A stretch of DNA of 64,000 nt, from contig NC_043003.1 of the NCBI RefSeq assembly GCF_006345805.1, positions 32,612,001-32,676,000 of the forward strand. Reading direction: 5' to 3'. A model generated the notes under the pieces. The model ran no database searches. It saw only the letters and a list, made by a program, of their open reading frames with translations, and was not told where the DNA came from. The position numbers were made by a program, and so were the translations under genes. This DNA is from Octopus sinensis (lineage: Eukaryota). Of this stretch, positions 11,760-25,382 are shown one piece after another (within the stretch, counting starts at the first letter, position 1; each line of letters starts with the position of its first letter).

Positions 11760-12595
11760 ATACATTCTTTCTTTTCCTAATTATCACTAACCTATCACAC
11801 ATGTCTATTTATAACAACTTGACTTATATCCTTCATTCATTATATTCTTCATTCCACCTCAATTTTTACAACCAAAACTAATACCCACTTACACATTACC
11901 CTACCCCTACCTTCTCTCTACCTTTTCTATACCCTTCCCTTAATGCAGCTCTATCACACCACCACTGCTCACATACTTCACACTCTTTTACTCCTTACCC
12001 TCTCATCTCTTCCCCTCTCTCCCCCTCACCTATCCCTTCCTATCATTTCATCTTGACCCCTAGCTAACACACCTTTCGTTTCGGTCCCTCTTTCTTCATT
12101 TCTTTTTAGTCTCCCTTCCTTTTTCTTTTTCCTACCATTCTCTTCCTGTTTTTGATTTGACCTCCTCTTCCTAATGATACACATCTCTCCTCCCTCCATC
12201 TATCTATTAATAGTACAAACACATTCCTAAATTTTAATTCACACAAAAAAAGCCCCTCGATCTAACAACACTATTTACAAGGCTCTATGCTTGGCGTGAC
12301 CAAATATAACTGCCATTGGAAGTCACACACAAAGTACAGCAAATTTCTTCACCACTTACATACACAATTCTACCTGAATAATGGAACTGCAAATACAATA
12401 TCCTTATGTATCATTCTCTTACTTCCCTCTGAATTTCATATCTTCTCTACAATAATTAATACTCAAACATTTTCTCGCACCGTCTCTGATGAAGTGATAT
12501 ATGAAATATCCCAGAAACAGCTGTAAGGCCTTTTCTTTATAAATGTTTTGAAAACTATTTACAGCCTTGGATTTTTTAATCTCATTCTCTCAATA
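11760..12595 (+). mobile_element. Probable Penelope-like pLTR/3' UTR remnant
   Basis: A C/T-rich non-coding tract ends in a minimal hammerhead followed by an AT-rich tail into (TA)n. This is the same layout as the pLTR at 17613-18145. Boundaries are approximate. Confidence 0.5.
12482..12529 (+). ncRNA. Minimal type-I hammerhead ribozyme with an intact core
   Basis: GTCT-CTGATGA-A GTGATAT atgaa ATATCCC A-GAAA-CAGCTG-TA/AGGC: stem I GTCT/AGGC, stem II, palindromic stem III, GUA site. Confidence 0.75.
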
Positions 12596-15299
12596 TATAT
12601 ATATATATATGTTGTTATTAATGTGACTCAGAATATACTACACTTTGGGAACTGAAAGAAAGCGGAATCGAATTTAGCCTTAAATTGGATATTATATGGG
12701 AAGCGCAGCCTTATACAGATAGTCGGTACGGGTGCGAGCTGTGCTCTATGGAAACTTATGAAATTTCTAAGTAAAGGAACAAGAGCAGCCTGGTTAATAA
12801 TAGATTAGACCTAATGGTATCATGCGTACATAATGCCACCCGTACATTTAAATATTTTTGAAATTAGCGTATATAGGTGCTGCACTTGAACATAGACAGG
12901 AGAAAGTAATTTTAGTGTCGCATATGATGTGAACTTACTCGCTATTATATATATATATATATATATATATAGGGAGAATTCACAAAAAAAAACGAAAGAC
13001 GAAGACAGGTGGTGTAGACAACAAACAGATGTATTTGTATGTATGTATATATATATATATAATAAGTTATATATATTTTCTACTATTCTTTATAATTTCT
13101 TATTATTGTGTTTTCTTATTTTTATATATTTACTTATTAATCTTTTATGTCTTATAAGTTATTAATGTTCTTAAAGAGAAATATAAACGTTCTAGTTATT
13201 TAATTCAAGGAGAGTTGATTATAACATACCCATAATAAAGTACAAATATTTGTGTATATTTGCACATAGTTAAATATGTGTATGAATCTGTACACAACTT
13301 ATTTTTTCCGAATTTTTCCTTTTTGACTTTTAACTTATAACAAATATAAAGATAACATGATTTATCGCTCCAGTATTCCATACGTAAATACCCAGATCAA
13401 TCTTTATAGAAACCAGCTTATAAGTAAATAATTAAGTACTGTTATGAATATTAAACTAATTCTATGTAATCTTTCCTTTTTAAAGTTGAAAATTCCTATA
13501 TAAACACAGTTTATCTATTCTGGTTATAATATCATTTTTAGTAATCTTAAATTTTATCTTCATGCAACATAACAATATTATTTATATACAATCATCCTTT
13601 GTACCCCATGAAAATTTCCTCTATTAACATCATAGGTTTTATTAGAGTCTTGCCCCTTTCACTGGTAGTTAACATCTTGATTTAGGGTCTTCCCCCCCCA
13701 GCCTGCTTTATAGACAGTTACATATACATTTTCTAAATTCTGACAATATTTATGACCATACCCAACTATAAACTGTCAACTCAATCTGTCTATCCATTCT
13801 AAACAGACACTTTCTTTAAAAATATCTTACTTCAAGCACATCGTTATCCTACTGTTCATAAGGTATCTTGTAGTTGTATCTTGATTTGTTGCATCTATCG
13901 CAGTTTATTATTTGTGTCAATGTTGTTCCCACTGTCTATCTTGCGGTAAATATAGCCAAAGCATTCAGTTGCTAAAATGAGAGTTACCATTAAGTTTCTG
14001 TTTACGAAGACTAACCTAGTAACTTAACGATCAAATGGAACAGCTGCAAACTCAGGTTACTTACTCAAGGGTTGTTGACCACGCTCAAGATGATAGCATT
14101 TTCATTGTTGAGTATATAACTAATGCATTCACTTCTTCATTTACTGCTCAGTATATATTATAATATATATATATATATATATTTGAAGAGAGGTGAGTCT
14201 ATATTAGTGTATGTACGTGTGTGAATGTGTATGTGTGTATGTTTGTGTAAGTGTGTACGTATGTGTGCGCGCGTGTACTGTAAGGATTGTAAAAATCTAA
14301 TAAAAGTATATGTTGCCTAGTTTTAACAATAAGTTATATATAATGGAGAAAGCAACAAATTGGTTAAAGTGGACAAATATATTCATTTTATGAAAAGTTT
14401 GTAATCAGCTTTGTGTTTCACACAGATGTGATCTTCAGGTGAGAACAAATTCACGCACACACATACATACACGCGTGCGTTCAGACACACACTTATATAT
14501 GTATATTGTATATGCATGCGTTTTTGTGTCGTGTTTATGTATATGTGTGTGAAAAGACGTTCTAGTCACCTAATATAACACCAAGGTGTTAAGTTAACAT
14601 ATATTTAAGTTTATTCTATGAGATGTCAATTCTTTCACTGGAACTGTATCAGTGATGGAACATAGCTGGGTTTTGCGATGAAAATTCTGACACCTCATGA
14701 AATAAATTTGAATTTAAAGTGACTTTAACAGCTTTGTGTAACATTAACGGCTAGGGTGGACCTCACTTAAGTCATTTGCTAGACAACTTCAACGAAGATA
14801 TGTGTGTGTATATGTGTGTGTGTGCGTGTGTGAGCATGTGTGAAAGCATGTATGCATCTACATACATATTTGTATATATATGCATAAATATATGCATGTA
14901 TTTCTACATACATATATACATAGGTATATACACACACGTACACACATATATAAACATACTCTTGTATACACATATGTGTGTGTATGTAAATGAAGTGCAA
15001 ATGGCCTAAGAGAAATAACTCAGCGTGTCATGGGGCTTGTATTTGAAGAACAATGGAATATAATGAGTGTAAGGGTTTGCTTTATTGAAATTATGTCAGC
15101 TTGCAGAGCAGACTAATAGCTACGTGGCACTTAATACCAAAGCCAAAACATAAGAGGAGACAATATCATGAATCAAGAAATCTCTAAAATTGGCGCCATT
15201 TAGAAAAAGATAATCTAATTGACTGAAGACAAAAGGAAATCACCTTCCACGTGTTTCTGTCATAGTTGATGTCTCCATCAGTAATTGTTCAGCCACCAA

Positions 15300-16260
15300 A
15301 AATCTTAGATGTATAGAAAAACTGACTAGAACACATTTATGAACAAGGTAATTTGCATAATGAAACGAAAATGAACTAATTAAAAACTTTAGAGTGGCTA
15401 GTGGTAAGCATTTCAACAGTAAAAACGAATAAATCTTGAAACAAAATAGCGTAATCGAAAAGAAACATTACGTCGGTTTATGCGAAGGCAGTTTTCAAAA
15501 CCGTTATGCAAACCACCAGTCTTCTTTCCGATATGTCAAAAAAAAAAGCCATTAAGTTGGCTAGCCATATACAGAATCTGGTGACCAACTGTATACAACA
15601 TGTAATCAAGAGGAGCATCGTGAAGAAACCTAAGCCATATGTAATTGAATCAAATAGATGCAAGTTATGCATAGCTGAAAGATCGCACGTTCTTCTTATA
15701 TTCAAGAATTCCAGATCTGAAAGTTTTAGCAAACGCAAGATATACAAATTCTTTTTATCAAACTAGCAGAAAAGTTTTCTGCTAAAGCCAACAGGTCAGT
15801 AAAAACAAATTCTCGCCTTCAACTCAAAATATTCTGAGATGTATAAAATATCCATTTTTTCTGTAAATATTACAAATTTTCTCACCAAACTATTGCACTC
15901 CTTATGTCTTTAACATGTCCTTTCTACCAAAGACTGTATATATATACATGTAATGTGACAATTTGCGACAACCAATAATTAACGCAACCAAATTTCCAAT
16001 AATATATTTGTTTTATTCTTTTCTGCCAATTTTTCCAAATATTCTCATCACACTATTGAACTTCTCTGTTACCAAACACTATATTTATACATGTAATGTG
16101 ACAATTATGTATAAAAAAACATTTTTGAATTCATAATATTCAATGTGACAATTATGTAAAAAACTTTTTTGAACCCATATTATTCAATGTTACTTTTGAC
16201 AATCTTTTACCAAAGAGTGAAACCGGTTAAGTAAATAAACATCTTTTAAATTGCATTTTC
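15300..16260 (+). mobile_element. Penelope-like element remnant (EN C-terminus plus pLTR)
   Basis: ORF 15506-15766 contains KLASHIQNL...KPKPY...NRCKLCIAERSHVL, matching the PLE GIY-YIG C-terminal CxxC region. Internal duplications and a decayed hammerhead-like motif (TCTTT tacc AAAGA..GAAACCGGTT, ~16191-16234) follow downstream. Confidence 0.65.
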
Positions 16261-16272
16261 AAACCTTCTTTC

Positions 16273-16322
<50 letters not shown>

Positions 16323-16579
16323 TTTGGGTTGCTATTTCTAAATTTTTGGCATGTGGTGAAGCAACTTGTTGCTTAACCCTTAATTATATTTAATCATATA
16401 TAAAAAAAACCTTTTTGTTACAGTTTTCTACCGATAATGGTTTTCTGTCCATACCGAAACTACTTGGTAAAATTTATTAATTATTAAATTAATAATTCTT
16501 TACCCTATATCTGTATATATATATATATATAAGTATATGAAATAATGGAGTTGAACCACTAGTTAACAAATGTCCTTTA

Positions 16580-16662
16580 TTCTCGACATATGTTTCGAAG
16601 GCTGCATATTCCTAATTCCGAGGGAATAAGGAGTACATTATGCAGATTTCTCATCAGGAAAA
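16580..16662 (-). ncRNA. Hammerhead ribozyme (pLTR copy)
   Basis: Reverse-complement copy of 18011-18093 with the core intact. Confidence 0.8.
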
Positions 16663-17225
16663 TCAAGGAACTTATGTCGACATCAAAATGCACAAAAACT
16701 TTTAGCTGACCGCTCTCAAGGAGCCCATGGCGATAATGAGTGTCTCTTTATAAGGAGGACGTCAGAGTTGCTGAATGTAGAAGAATCTAGAAGGTTCTAA
16801 AGGTTCAAGGGTTCAAACGAAGTAGGAGGAGGGAGGCATAAGAATAGTAAGGTGAGAGAGTGCAGGTCAAAAGAATGGTGGGTTTAAATGATTTATTTTA
16901 TGAATGAGTGCCTGTGTGTGTGACTGTATATAACTGTCTTAATGTGTGTATGTGTGTGTCTGAATGCGTGATTGTGTTTGTGGATGGGTAGATGTCAGAA
17001 AACTGACAGCTGTGAAGTGAGAGGTCTGTGTCTGTGTTCGATTATGTTTACTGTAGAGAAAGGAAAGTAGATAGCAAAAGGCAGAAAGAATCGGGCGAGG
17101 TGAGAGGCAACGCAAGAATGGATAGTAGTAATTGGGAATATAAGAAAATCATTTTGACTATTGAGGTGAAATATAGCAAAATTTTTTTTTTTTTTTGGAA
17201 ATCGAGGGGTTATCTATATTAGTCA

Positions 17226-17609
17226 CTATTTATATGAGTGAAAGGTGTGTCTTTTCCAGTGTAAACACCTGTAGGATCTTTCGACGATTGTATTTATTAA
17301 AGGGATTTTGGCGAACAAAATATGAAATAGTTCGGAATTACAGATGCCACAAAATTTTCTGCCTTCATCAAACGGGAAGGACACCGACAAAATGGACCAT
17401 TCGAGCTTGAACGTAGTGTTATTGTTCTTCAGACGCCAGACTAATTTGCTTAGCCCCGTGCTGTGTTGCTTTCTCTTATCTCTGAAAGTGGAATAATGGT
17501 TGGAGATCCTTTGGGCTAAATTAGAAGAGGTTGCGCCAATGTAGAAGTAGACATCGGTTCCAGAAGAAATTTTGCATTGGTAAGTGGTGTTTCTAATTTT
17601 GGAATTTTC
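17226..17609 (-). pseudogene. Penelope GIY-YIG endonuclease domain, an open frame without a start codon (absent from the ORF track)
   Basis: ENSKIRNTTYQCKISSGTDVYFYIGATSSNLAQRISNHYSTFRDKRKQHSTGLSKLVWRLK...LEWSILSVSFPFDEGRKFCGICNSELFHIL...RCLHWKRH* (127 aa, uninterrupted). Confidence 0.88.
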
Positions 17610-18010
17610 TTTTCTACTTTCCTTTCTCTACAGTAAACATAATCGAACACACAGACACAGACCTCTCACTTCACAGCTGTCAGTTTTCTGACATCTACCC
17701 ATCCACAAACACAATCACGCATTCAGACACACACATACACACATTAAGACAGTTATATACAGTCACACACACAGGCACTCATTCATAAAATAAATCATTT
17801 AAACCCACCATTCTTTTGACCTGCACTCTCTCACCTTACTATTCTTATGCCTCCCTCCTCCTACTTCGTTTGAACCCTTGAACCTTTAGAACCTTCTAGA
17901 TTCTTCTACATTCAGCCACTCTGACGTCACTCCTTATAAAGAGACACTCATTATCGCCATGGTCAGCTAAAAGTTTTTTGTGCATTTTGATGTCGACATA
18001 AGTTCCTTGA

Positions 18011-18093
18011 TTTTCCTGATGAGAAATCTGCATAATGTACTCCTTATTCCTTCGGAATTAGGAATATGCAGCCTTCGAAACATATGTCGAGAA
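18011..18093 (+). ncRNA. Type-I hammerhead ribozyme with an extended stem II
   Basis: TTTTC-CTGATGA-GAA..CTGCATA..TCCTTATTCC ttc GGAATTAGGA.TATGCAG..TTC-GAAA-CATATG-TC/GAGAA. Confidence 0.85.
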
Positions 18094-18322
18094 TAAAGGA
18101 TATTTGTTAACTAGTGGTTCAACTCCATTCTTTCATATACTTATAATTTTAAAATAAACATACAAATTTCCGCACGAAGACACGTAGTCTATGCTCTAGG
18201 GACGCAGCTTCAACCGTGTTCTTTCTGATGTGAATTTGCTACCCAGGTATCGGTTATCTTTCGAATTATCCTTAATAAGATAATTCATTCAACTACTCAT
18301 AATATATATATATATTATATAT

Positions 18323-18380
<58 letters not shown>

Positions 18381-19791
18381 ATATTATTTTCGTCAGTCCA
18401 TTGGCAGATTAGTGGAACTTGTTCCCTTTCTCTGAGTTCAAATTTCATTAAAATGAAATTTGGCTTCCTTCTTGAAGAGCAGGCGATGATGATAAAAATA
18501 AGCACCAAATTAATTCAATTTTATTTCTTAATTTTTTCTTTTTCCTTTTTTTTTCGGCGATACATCCAACACAATCCACTGGATCAAGAGTGAGAGGCTC
18601 CAAGGAATGTTTGTATTTGTTCGTGGAAAGAAGGCTACCTAAAAACAAAATTTTTGGAAGAAGCATGATACACGATACTTTCACCAAACCATCTTCAATT
18701 GCTGTTTACGACCATGTTACATAATACTGAAAATATAGTGTAACAGTACTCCTGATTCAATTTATTCAATTTAACATCGCAATTTAACTGTGAAACCATA
18801 CAAAATATCTCACAGAAACACACACATACACAAACAGAAACACAAACATAATATAAATGCACAAACACACGCACATGCCAACAAACACGCACATGCACAC
18901 ATTACACACATCCACATACACTCACACACACACAGTTACTTACACTCCATGCAACATTTCCAAATAGTTTATCTGGTAACATTTTTGTTTCTATTTGGTT
19001 TTTCTTGTAATTTTTTATCTAATTTTTTTTATTTCTTTTCTGTTTGTGTGTCTAAATTTTTGTGCATGTATAATGTGTATTGTATAGGAAATGTGATATG
19101 TGTGTACGTGCGTGTGCGTTATGTATACATGTATATGTGTCTCTGTATACGAGAGTATGTGGAGTGTGTGTACATACCAGCACATACACATACACACATA
19201 CGCGTACATTTTGGTGTGTCTGTGCATTTACACAGATACATATGTATATGTGTGTATGTATATATATATGTGTTATATATGAGTTTCTGTGTTTGTATTT
19301 ATGAGATGCCTATATGTGTGCGTATGTGCATGAGAGAGAGAGAAAGAGAGAGAGAGAAAGAGAGAGAAATAGAGAGAAAGAGAAAGAGAAGAGAAAGAGA
19401 AAGAGAGAGAGAGAGTTATGGCTACCTCCCAAACTGATAACCTTTATCTGTTGATTCCAAGAAATGAGCTTTTGGAATCTACCCTTTCCCGGCCATCAAT
19501 AGTCGATCAATTTAATTTTGTCGACTCATTAATCTCCTTTCCCCTCACATTTATTTTCCCTCGCTCACATTCTTTCCATCTCTCTCTCTCTCTTTCTCTC
19601 TTTCTTTATGTCACCTTCCGTCGCTCCCCCCTCTCTCTCTCTCTCTCAATCTTTCTCTCTGTTACACATTAACAATTCCTTTCACTAAGTCTTTCACTCT
19701 CAATATCTATCCATTTCTCTAGCATGCATAAACATAGAACATAGAGACTGATTACTTTTCTTCCTTTCTCTCCCCCTGTCTCTGTGTCTCC

Positions 19792-19846
<55 letters not shown>

Positions 19847-19919
19847 ACATACACAAGCAAACCTCTTTCTGTGCTTCACTCTCACTCTAGCACTTACACT
19901 TGTTTATATAGTTTTCCAG

Positions 19920-21450
19920 ATATCAACAACACTTCACCGTCGTCTATGAAGCGGCGGAGATGTCGCAGTCTCAGCGCATGTTTGCGCATCATGAACCACT
20001 GAATGCGCAGCCCTCCATTTAGCGGGTGTTGACAGCAAATGGATCGCCTAACCATCGGAACGCTTTCCTTCTACAAAAAGCGGAAGAGTATGCGTTTCAG
20101 TTTGGTGGTGGTAGGGTCGGGACAAGGCACAACGGTCAGACGGTGATCGATGACGGATGCGATGTACGCGTTCGCCACCTCCACCCGACCTTTTAGGGAT
20201 AGCTTCCTCTCGTCCCATTGCTGGGTGAGAGTGGCCACCCTACTCGTTATTTCACCCCAGTTCCCCATTTGGCGGTCCGGACTGAACCAGACTCCAAGCA
20301 ATTTAACCGATCCGTCTGTCCGAGTACCACAATGGAGACGCTGTTTGACGGCATGGGCTTGCTTCTCCAGGTGCCGAGCCGCAAGCCCACTGACTTTTCC
20401 CGGATAATTTTTGCTCCCCTAACCGCTTCGTATTCTTTTAGTATCTCGCCGACCAAGTCTATATGCCTGTGGCTCGACAGTATCACGATGACGTCGTCCG
20501 CGTATACAGACACGCTCCTCCCGCATTCCAGCTCTCACGAGATGTCCCTCAACGTCGCCAGCTTCCGCAGTAGTGGCTCAAGAGTCAACACGTACAAAAG
20601 TGACGAGAGGAGGAATCCTTAACGAACCGAACGCGTGATGTTAAATGGTCTGGAAAGATTACCATTTACGTGAACTATCGAGCGGATGCAGCTGTATAAG
20701 GCAGCGAACCAACCGCGGAAGACGGGACCAAAACCAGCCGCTCTAAGGACAGCCTCCAAGTAGCGATGGTCTACCCTATCGAAAGCTTTTGATTGATCCA
20801 AACTGATCAGCGCTCCACCCATGCCAGGTTCCTTAACTACCTTGTCTACGATGTAGCGCATCAGATGGAGGTTGTCATGGATACTCCTACTCAGCATGGA
20901 GCACGTTTGCGCCTTGTCGACCAATTTCTAACACCTTGGCCAAAATCTTCAAATCTGTGTTGAGCAGAGTGTTGGGCCTAAAGTTATCTATGACGTTCCC
21001 CTTGTTTGGATCTTTCTTTAGTAGTGCCACCGCTCCTCACTTTACAGAAACGGAGATACTCCAGTGTTGCTGCCAGTTGCAGTAGACAGCTGCCAAGACG
21101 CCTCCAAATAAGTCTGGCATATGACAATAAAGTTCGTAGGGCAGACAATCCAAGCCTAGCAACTTGTCTCCCGCGCAGCCTGCCATTGCATCCTGCACGT
21201 CCGCGGCTATGATGAGTCTTTCACAACACTCCGCTTCTCTTGCCGAGAGTCGTGGGAGGCTATGCAGGTAGGCACTAAAGTCCACTCTGCGTTCTGACCC
21301 ACCAATTGTTACGAACAGTCGAGCAAAGTGTTGTTGAAAGCCTCACACATCCTTTCAGGCTCCAGTAATTCGCGCCCCTGCTCATCTGTCAGAGACCTAA
21401 TAGTGGTTTGTTGCCTCATTGCGCCTCCGCCACTCGGGCCTCTCATTTCC
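19920..21450 (-). pseudogene. Tx1/L1-type reverse transcriptase remnant
   Basis: LGLDCLPYELY, DNFRPNTLLNTDLKILAK, RSIHDNLHLMRY, LDQSKAFDRVDHRYL, SVYADDV, LSLKGRVEVANAYI. Confidence 0.92.
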
Positions 21451-21739
21451 TATTACAAGATGGGGTTTTGGGGGGTTGGGTATGAGTGTTTTTGGTTCTC
21501 TCTTCTTTCTTTGGAGTTGTTGTTGTTGGCGGTGGTGGTGGTGATGGTGTTGTTTCTGTTCTTGGTGGCGCTGGTAGTGGTGTTGTTTGGTTTGGCTGGC
21601 TTGTTGGTTGCTGATCTTCCTTTACTTACTTGTAGAGCTGTTTAATTAGTTGTGCATAAGGCGGTGTGGGTAGCAGTGCTGGTTTTTGGCTTTCTTGTGG
21701 TTGTTGTTTTTGTTTATCGTAATCTTGTTGTTGCTGTTG

Positions 21740-22570
21740 TTATTGTTTCTGTGCTAGTGGGTAATTGATTCTTAAGTGCGCTTTGCTACTGCAAACGTAG
21801 CAGCGTGGCTTTCTGCCTTCTACGGCCTCATGCAAATTTGAATCGCCTGTCAGTCTGATTTGATGGGGAATTTTTTCGAAATTCATCGGATCAATTTGAG
21901 CAAGGATTTCAACTCCTTGACCAATCCAGTTTTGCTGATCCAGGACAGTGATTTCCAAGATACGGATTTCGTAACAAATGGCAGACACAAGCTATTTTGT
22001 TTCTATCTCAGGGGGCACATATTTTATTTTCATTTTGTGACCCTACGACCAAGGTATGTACGGATCATTGCTAAGTTTTCTCATTCAAAGGACTTTGTGG
22101 AGAAGTCCTTGGCTCTTTCTTCACTGTCGAATCTAACTTCGATCGTGGCAAATCTGTTTCCCCTCGTGATATAATCTTTAAAAGCCTATATGGGCCTTAA
22201 ACATTTTTCTACTAAATAATTGGATCTTTTGCGATTTTTCTGTGATGTTTTGTGGTGTCTGTAGTCGTATGATGTATTCGTCTTTTTTAAACATTGCTTT
22301 GCAGGCAAGCAGTTCGTCATTCAAAAAGCACATGATTTTTTTTAGCTTTAAAGATGCGACAAAATTATTTTGAGTATTCGTGTTGGTTGTGGTGGTAATG
22401 GCGTTAGTGGTGGTGGCAGTGGTGGAGGCAGTGTTTATTGTAGTAAACGTATTTGCTTCTTTGTACGTATTTTGTAAAGCCTGTGTGCGTTCAAGCGGAA
22501 CGGCTTTGGTTTCAGTTTCCTTCACCTCTGGCTTTGGTAGAGGCGAGAAGTTAGGGTTAGGGTTAGCCAT
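21740..22570 (-). pseudogene. Tx1-type ORF1 (gag-like) remnant
   Basis: MANPNPN... followed by VEGRKPRCYVCSSKAHLRINYP (decayed CCHC knuckle), frameshifted. Confidence 0.75.
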
Positions 22571-22789
22571 TTTCGTTTAGAAATATGCCAAACCGAAGAA
22601 TATCTTTTTAAAGTTTTGGAAATTTACCCCTAGTGGGGTCATTTCCTATTGCAAGATTTACTGGTGTTGAAGGAGATGGTTTTAGACAACTCTTTCACAA
22701 AAATATTTCACAAATAAAACGTTTTTCTACACAAAAAGCCACCTTGCTTGGAGCCGATTTTTCAACAGTCCTTTCACAGATAGACAGAC

Positions 22790-22929
<140 letters not shown>

Positions 22930-23402
22930 GTTGCTGATGCAAGAGAGAAGGTCAAAAATTTATAATCGGGTTTTGAATAAGAGGACGATAAAAGAAGTAG
23001 ATATATTCCGAGCATAAGTAGTCAGTTCTATTGATCCAGGGCAACTGGAAGTCTCTGTTTCTGATAAAAAGTTGAAAAGGGTAAATGACGAGGAGAATAG
23101 AACCTATTTTTGCATAGACTCCATTTACCAGAATGAAGTTTGAGTTAAGTGCATGGAAACAAGAGGCGGAATAATTATAAGTATCAGGATACTTATGCCT
23201 TAAAGAGAAATATCGTGTATGTTTTGTGAGTTAATATAATGCGGTATGTAGAGTCTTAGGTTAAATCGGAGTTTACGAAATTTTGGAGAAGATGAATTGC
23301 TCAACGGTTTAACTTTAGTCAGTTTGCAGCATTAAGGGAAGTGTAGAGCGTGTTGGTGCACTGTGAATTCATGTTAATCCCTTGCCAGCTGGAAGCCTAG
23401 TT

Positions 23403-23825
23403 GGATCTTTTCCTTTTGAACGGCAGACAATTTCTAGTTAACTAAACACTTTAAAACTTCGTATACTGGTAGAATGTGTCAAAATAAAACATTTTTTTCT
23501 TAATTGTTAAATTAATTTAATTGTTACGCGTGTAAAAAGCAATGGAATTAAATTAATTTAACAATTAAAAAAAAAAATTAGAGTTAGGGGGGAGGTTTAG
23601 GATTAGTTACAGGATGTTATCTCAGTTTTAGACGCAGCAAATGATTTTAGTTGAATGGAGGTAATCGATTGGTTAAAATTGCCGAAATGCTCGGATTTTC
23701 AGACGAAATATCTTACAAACTATAGAATTTTCTCAATAAAACTAATTCTACCAGTATACGAAGTTTAAAAGTGTTTAGTTAACTAGAAATTGTGTTGACA
23801 TCTGCCGTTCAAAAGGAAAAGATCC
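23403..23825. mobile_element. MITE with ~70-bp TIRs and an 8-bp TSD
   Basis: GGATCTTTTCCTTTTGAACGGCAG... and ...CTGCCGTTCAAAAGGAAAAGATCC, with TSD GCCTAGTT at 23395-23402 and 23826-23833. Confidence 0.92.
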
Positions 23826-24064
23826 GCCTAGTTTACTTGCTTGCAACAGTGAGAACTCTACACTCAGAAGGAGGGGGGGCATGTGATGCTGTTTAATCCG
23901 GTGGCATGTTCTACTTACCCCCTCCAAAACAGCGATTTTCTACGCAATTCACAACATAATAGCTTTTAAAAATGGTGACCTAGAGTTAAGCAACATGAGC
24001 AGACACACCACACACACACACACACAGACATCACACATACATATACATGTGTGTGTATGTGTGT

Positions 24065-24131
<67 letters not shown>

Positions 24132-24873
24132 GAATATATGGATTAGTTTCCTGATAATTATTGAAAGATATAACATTTCACATATCTGTATGCACACTTA
24201 CGTGTATTCGTGCACGCTTGTGTGCGCGGTGCGTGTATGCGTACGTACGTATGTATGTATATGTGTATGCATGTATGTATGTATGTAAGCACGCGCAAAA
24301 TCTTACAGACACCAAACTGTTTTTTTAAAGGAAACCATATAATTACGAGCACACTACCAATCTATGCACACCGAGAAACAACCATTTACACTTATCAAAT
24401 TGTTTCAAGAACTGCTTGCACGTATTCAGTTACGAAGCTGGTAAACATTAAGATAATTGTTCTTTCTTTTTCGTTTTATTTATTTTGTTTTTTTTCCCCC
24501 GCTTGAAGGTTGTCGATTTTGGTCATGTTTCGTTTAGGCAGCAATTCCAAACAATAAAAAAAAAATTTAACAATAGGTGTCGATTCTTACGAGATTTGAA
24601 ACGAAATATTGAAGTCAGCAGTAGAGGGAGAAGATGAAGAGGGAAAAGAGAGTAAGAGTAGTAGTAATAGCTGATGTAAAGATGTAAGGTGAACTAACGT
24701 GAGTTGTTTATAATATCCACACTCTTTTAGCCTTATCACGGAAAAGAGATACTATGGTTAGGCCTTTGGTTTAACGACAGTATCTGTTTTTCAGAGCTAC
24801 GTTTAAAACGTGTTTGCTAAAAACACATACAAAACTCGTTTTTAACGTTCGAACTCCAAGTGGAATAACTATA

Positions 24874-24918
<45 letters not shown>

Positions 24919-24945
24919 TATAACAATAATAATAATAATAGCCTA

Positions 24946-25382
24946 GGATCTTTTCGGTTTGAACGGCAGTTTTTAACATAATTTCTAGGTAACTAAAAAA
25001 TTTTCACTTCGTATACTGGTAGAATGTCTTTTATAAAACATCTTTTTCTCTTGGCTTTATTGAGAAAATTCTATAGTCTGTAAGATATTTGTTGTTTTTT
25101 TTTCTTCAATTTCTGCAATTTCAACCAATCGATGACGTCCATTGAGGTAAAAAAAACATTCTGTGTCGTATGAATATGTCCATCGTTTAAGAAACAGATT
25201 GGGTTTATTTACATTTGTGAAGAAAAAAAAGATACCCCTTCCCCCACCACTAACCCTAACCCTAAGTAACCCTAACCCTAAAACAGATTGAAATGCAATA
25301 GATCTATACTAGGGTCATAATTATGGGTGACCATTTCATATGACACCGCTAGAAAAAACTGCCGTTCAAACCGAAAAGATCC
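24946..25382. mobile_element. Related MITE containing (CCCTAA)n
   Basis: TIRs GGATCTTTTCGGTTTGAACGGCAGTTTTT and AAAAACTGCCGTTCAAACCGAAAAGATCC. It shares the subterminal CTTCGTATACTGGTAGAATG with the 23403 MITE. No TSD is visible. Confidence 0.88.

Larger units (their letters stand above)
16528..18145 (-). mobile_element. 5'-truncated Penelope-like element with an inverted pLTR
   Basis: Near-identical inverted arms 16528-17071 and 17613-18145 enclose a GIY-YIG frame. Each arm carries a hammerhead. Confidence 0.9.

Noticed and set aside
14400-14443. Minus-strand CTGAAGA-stem-GAAAC hammerhead-like motif
   Set aside because: No convincing stem III or cleavage triplet, so it is kept only as a weak remnant.
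22551-22566. TTAGGGTTAGGGTTAG as a telomere remnant
   Set aside because: It is under three units long and encodes the NPNPN start of the Tx1 ORF1.
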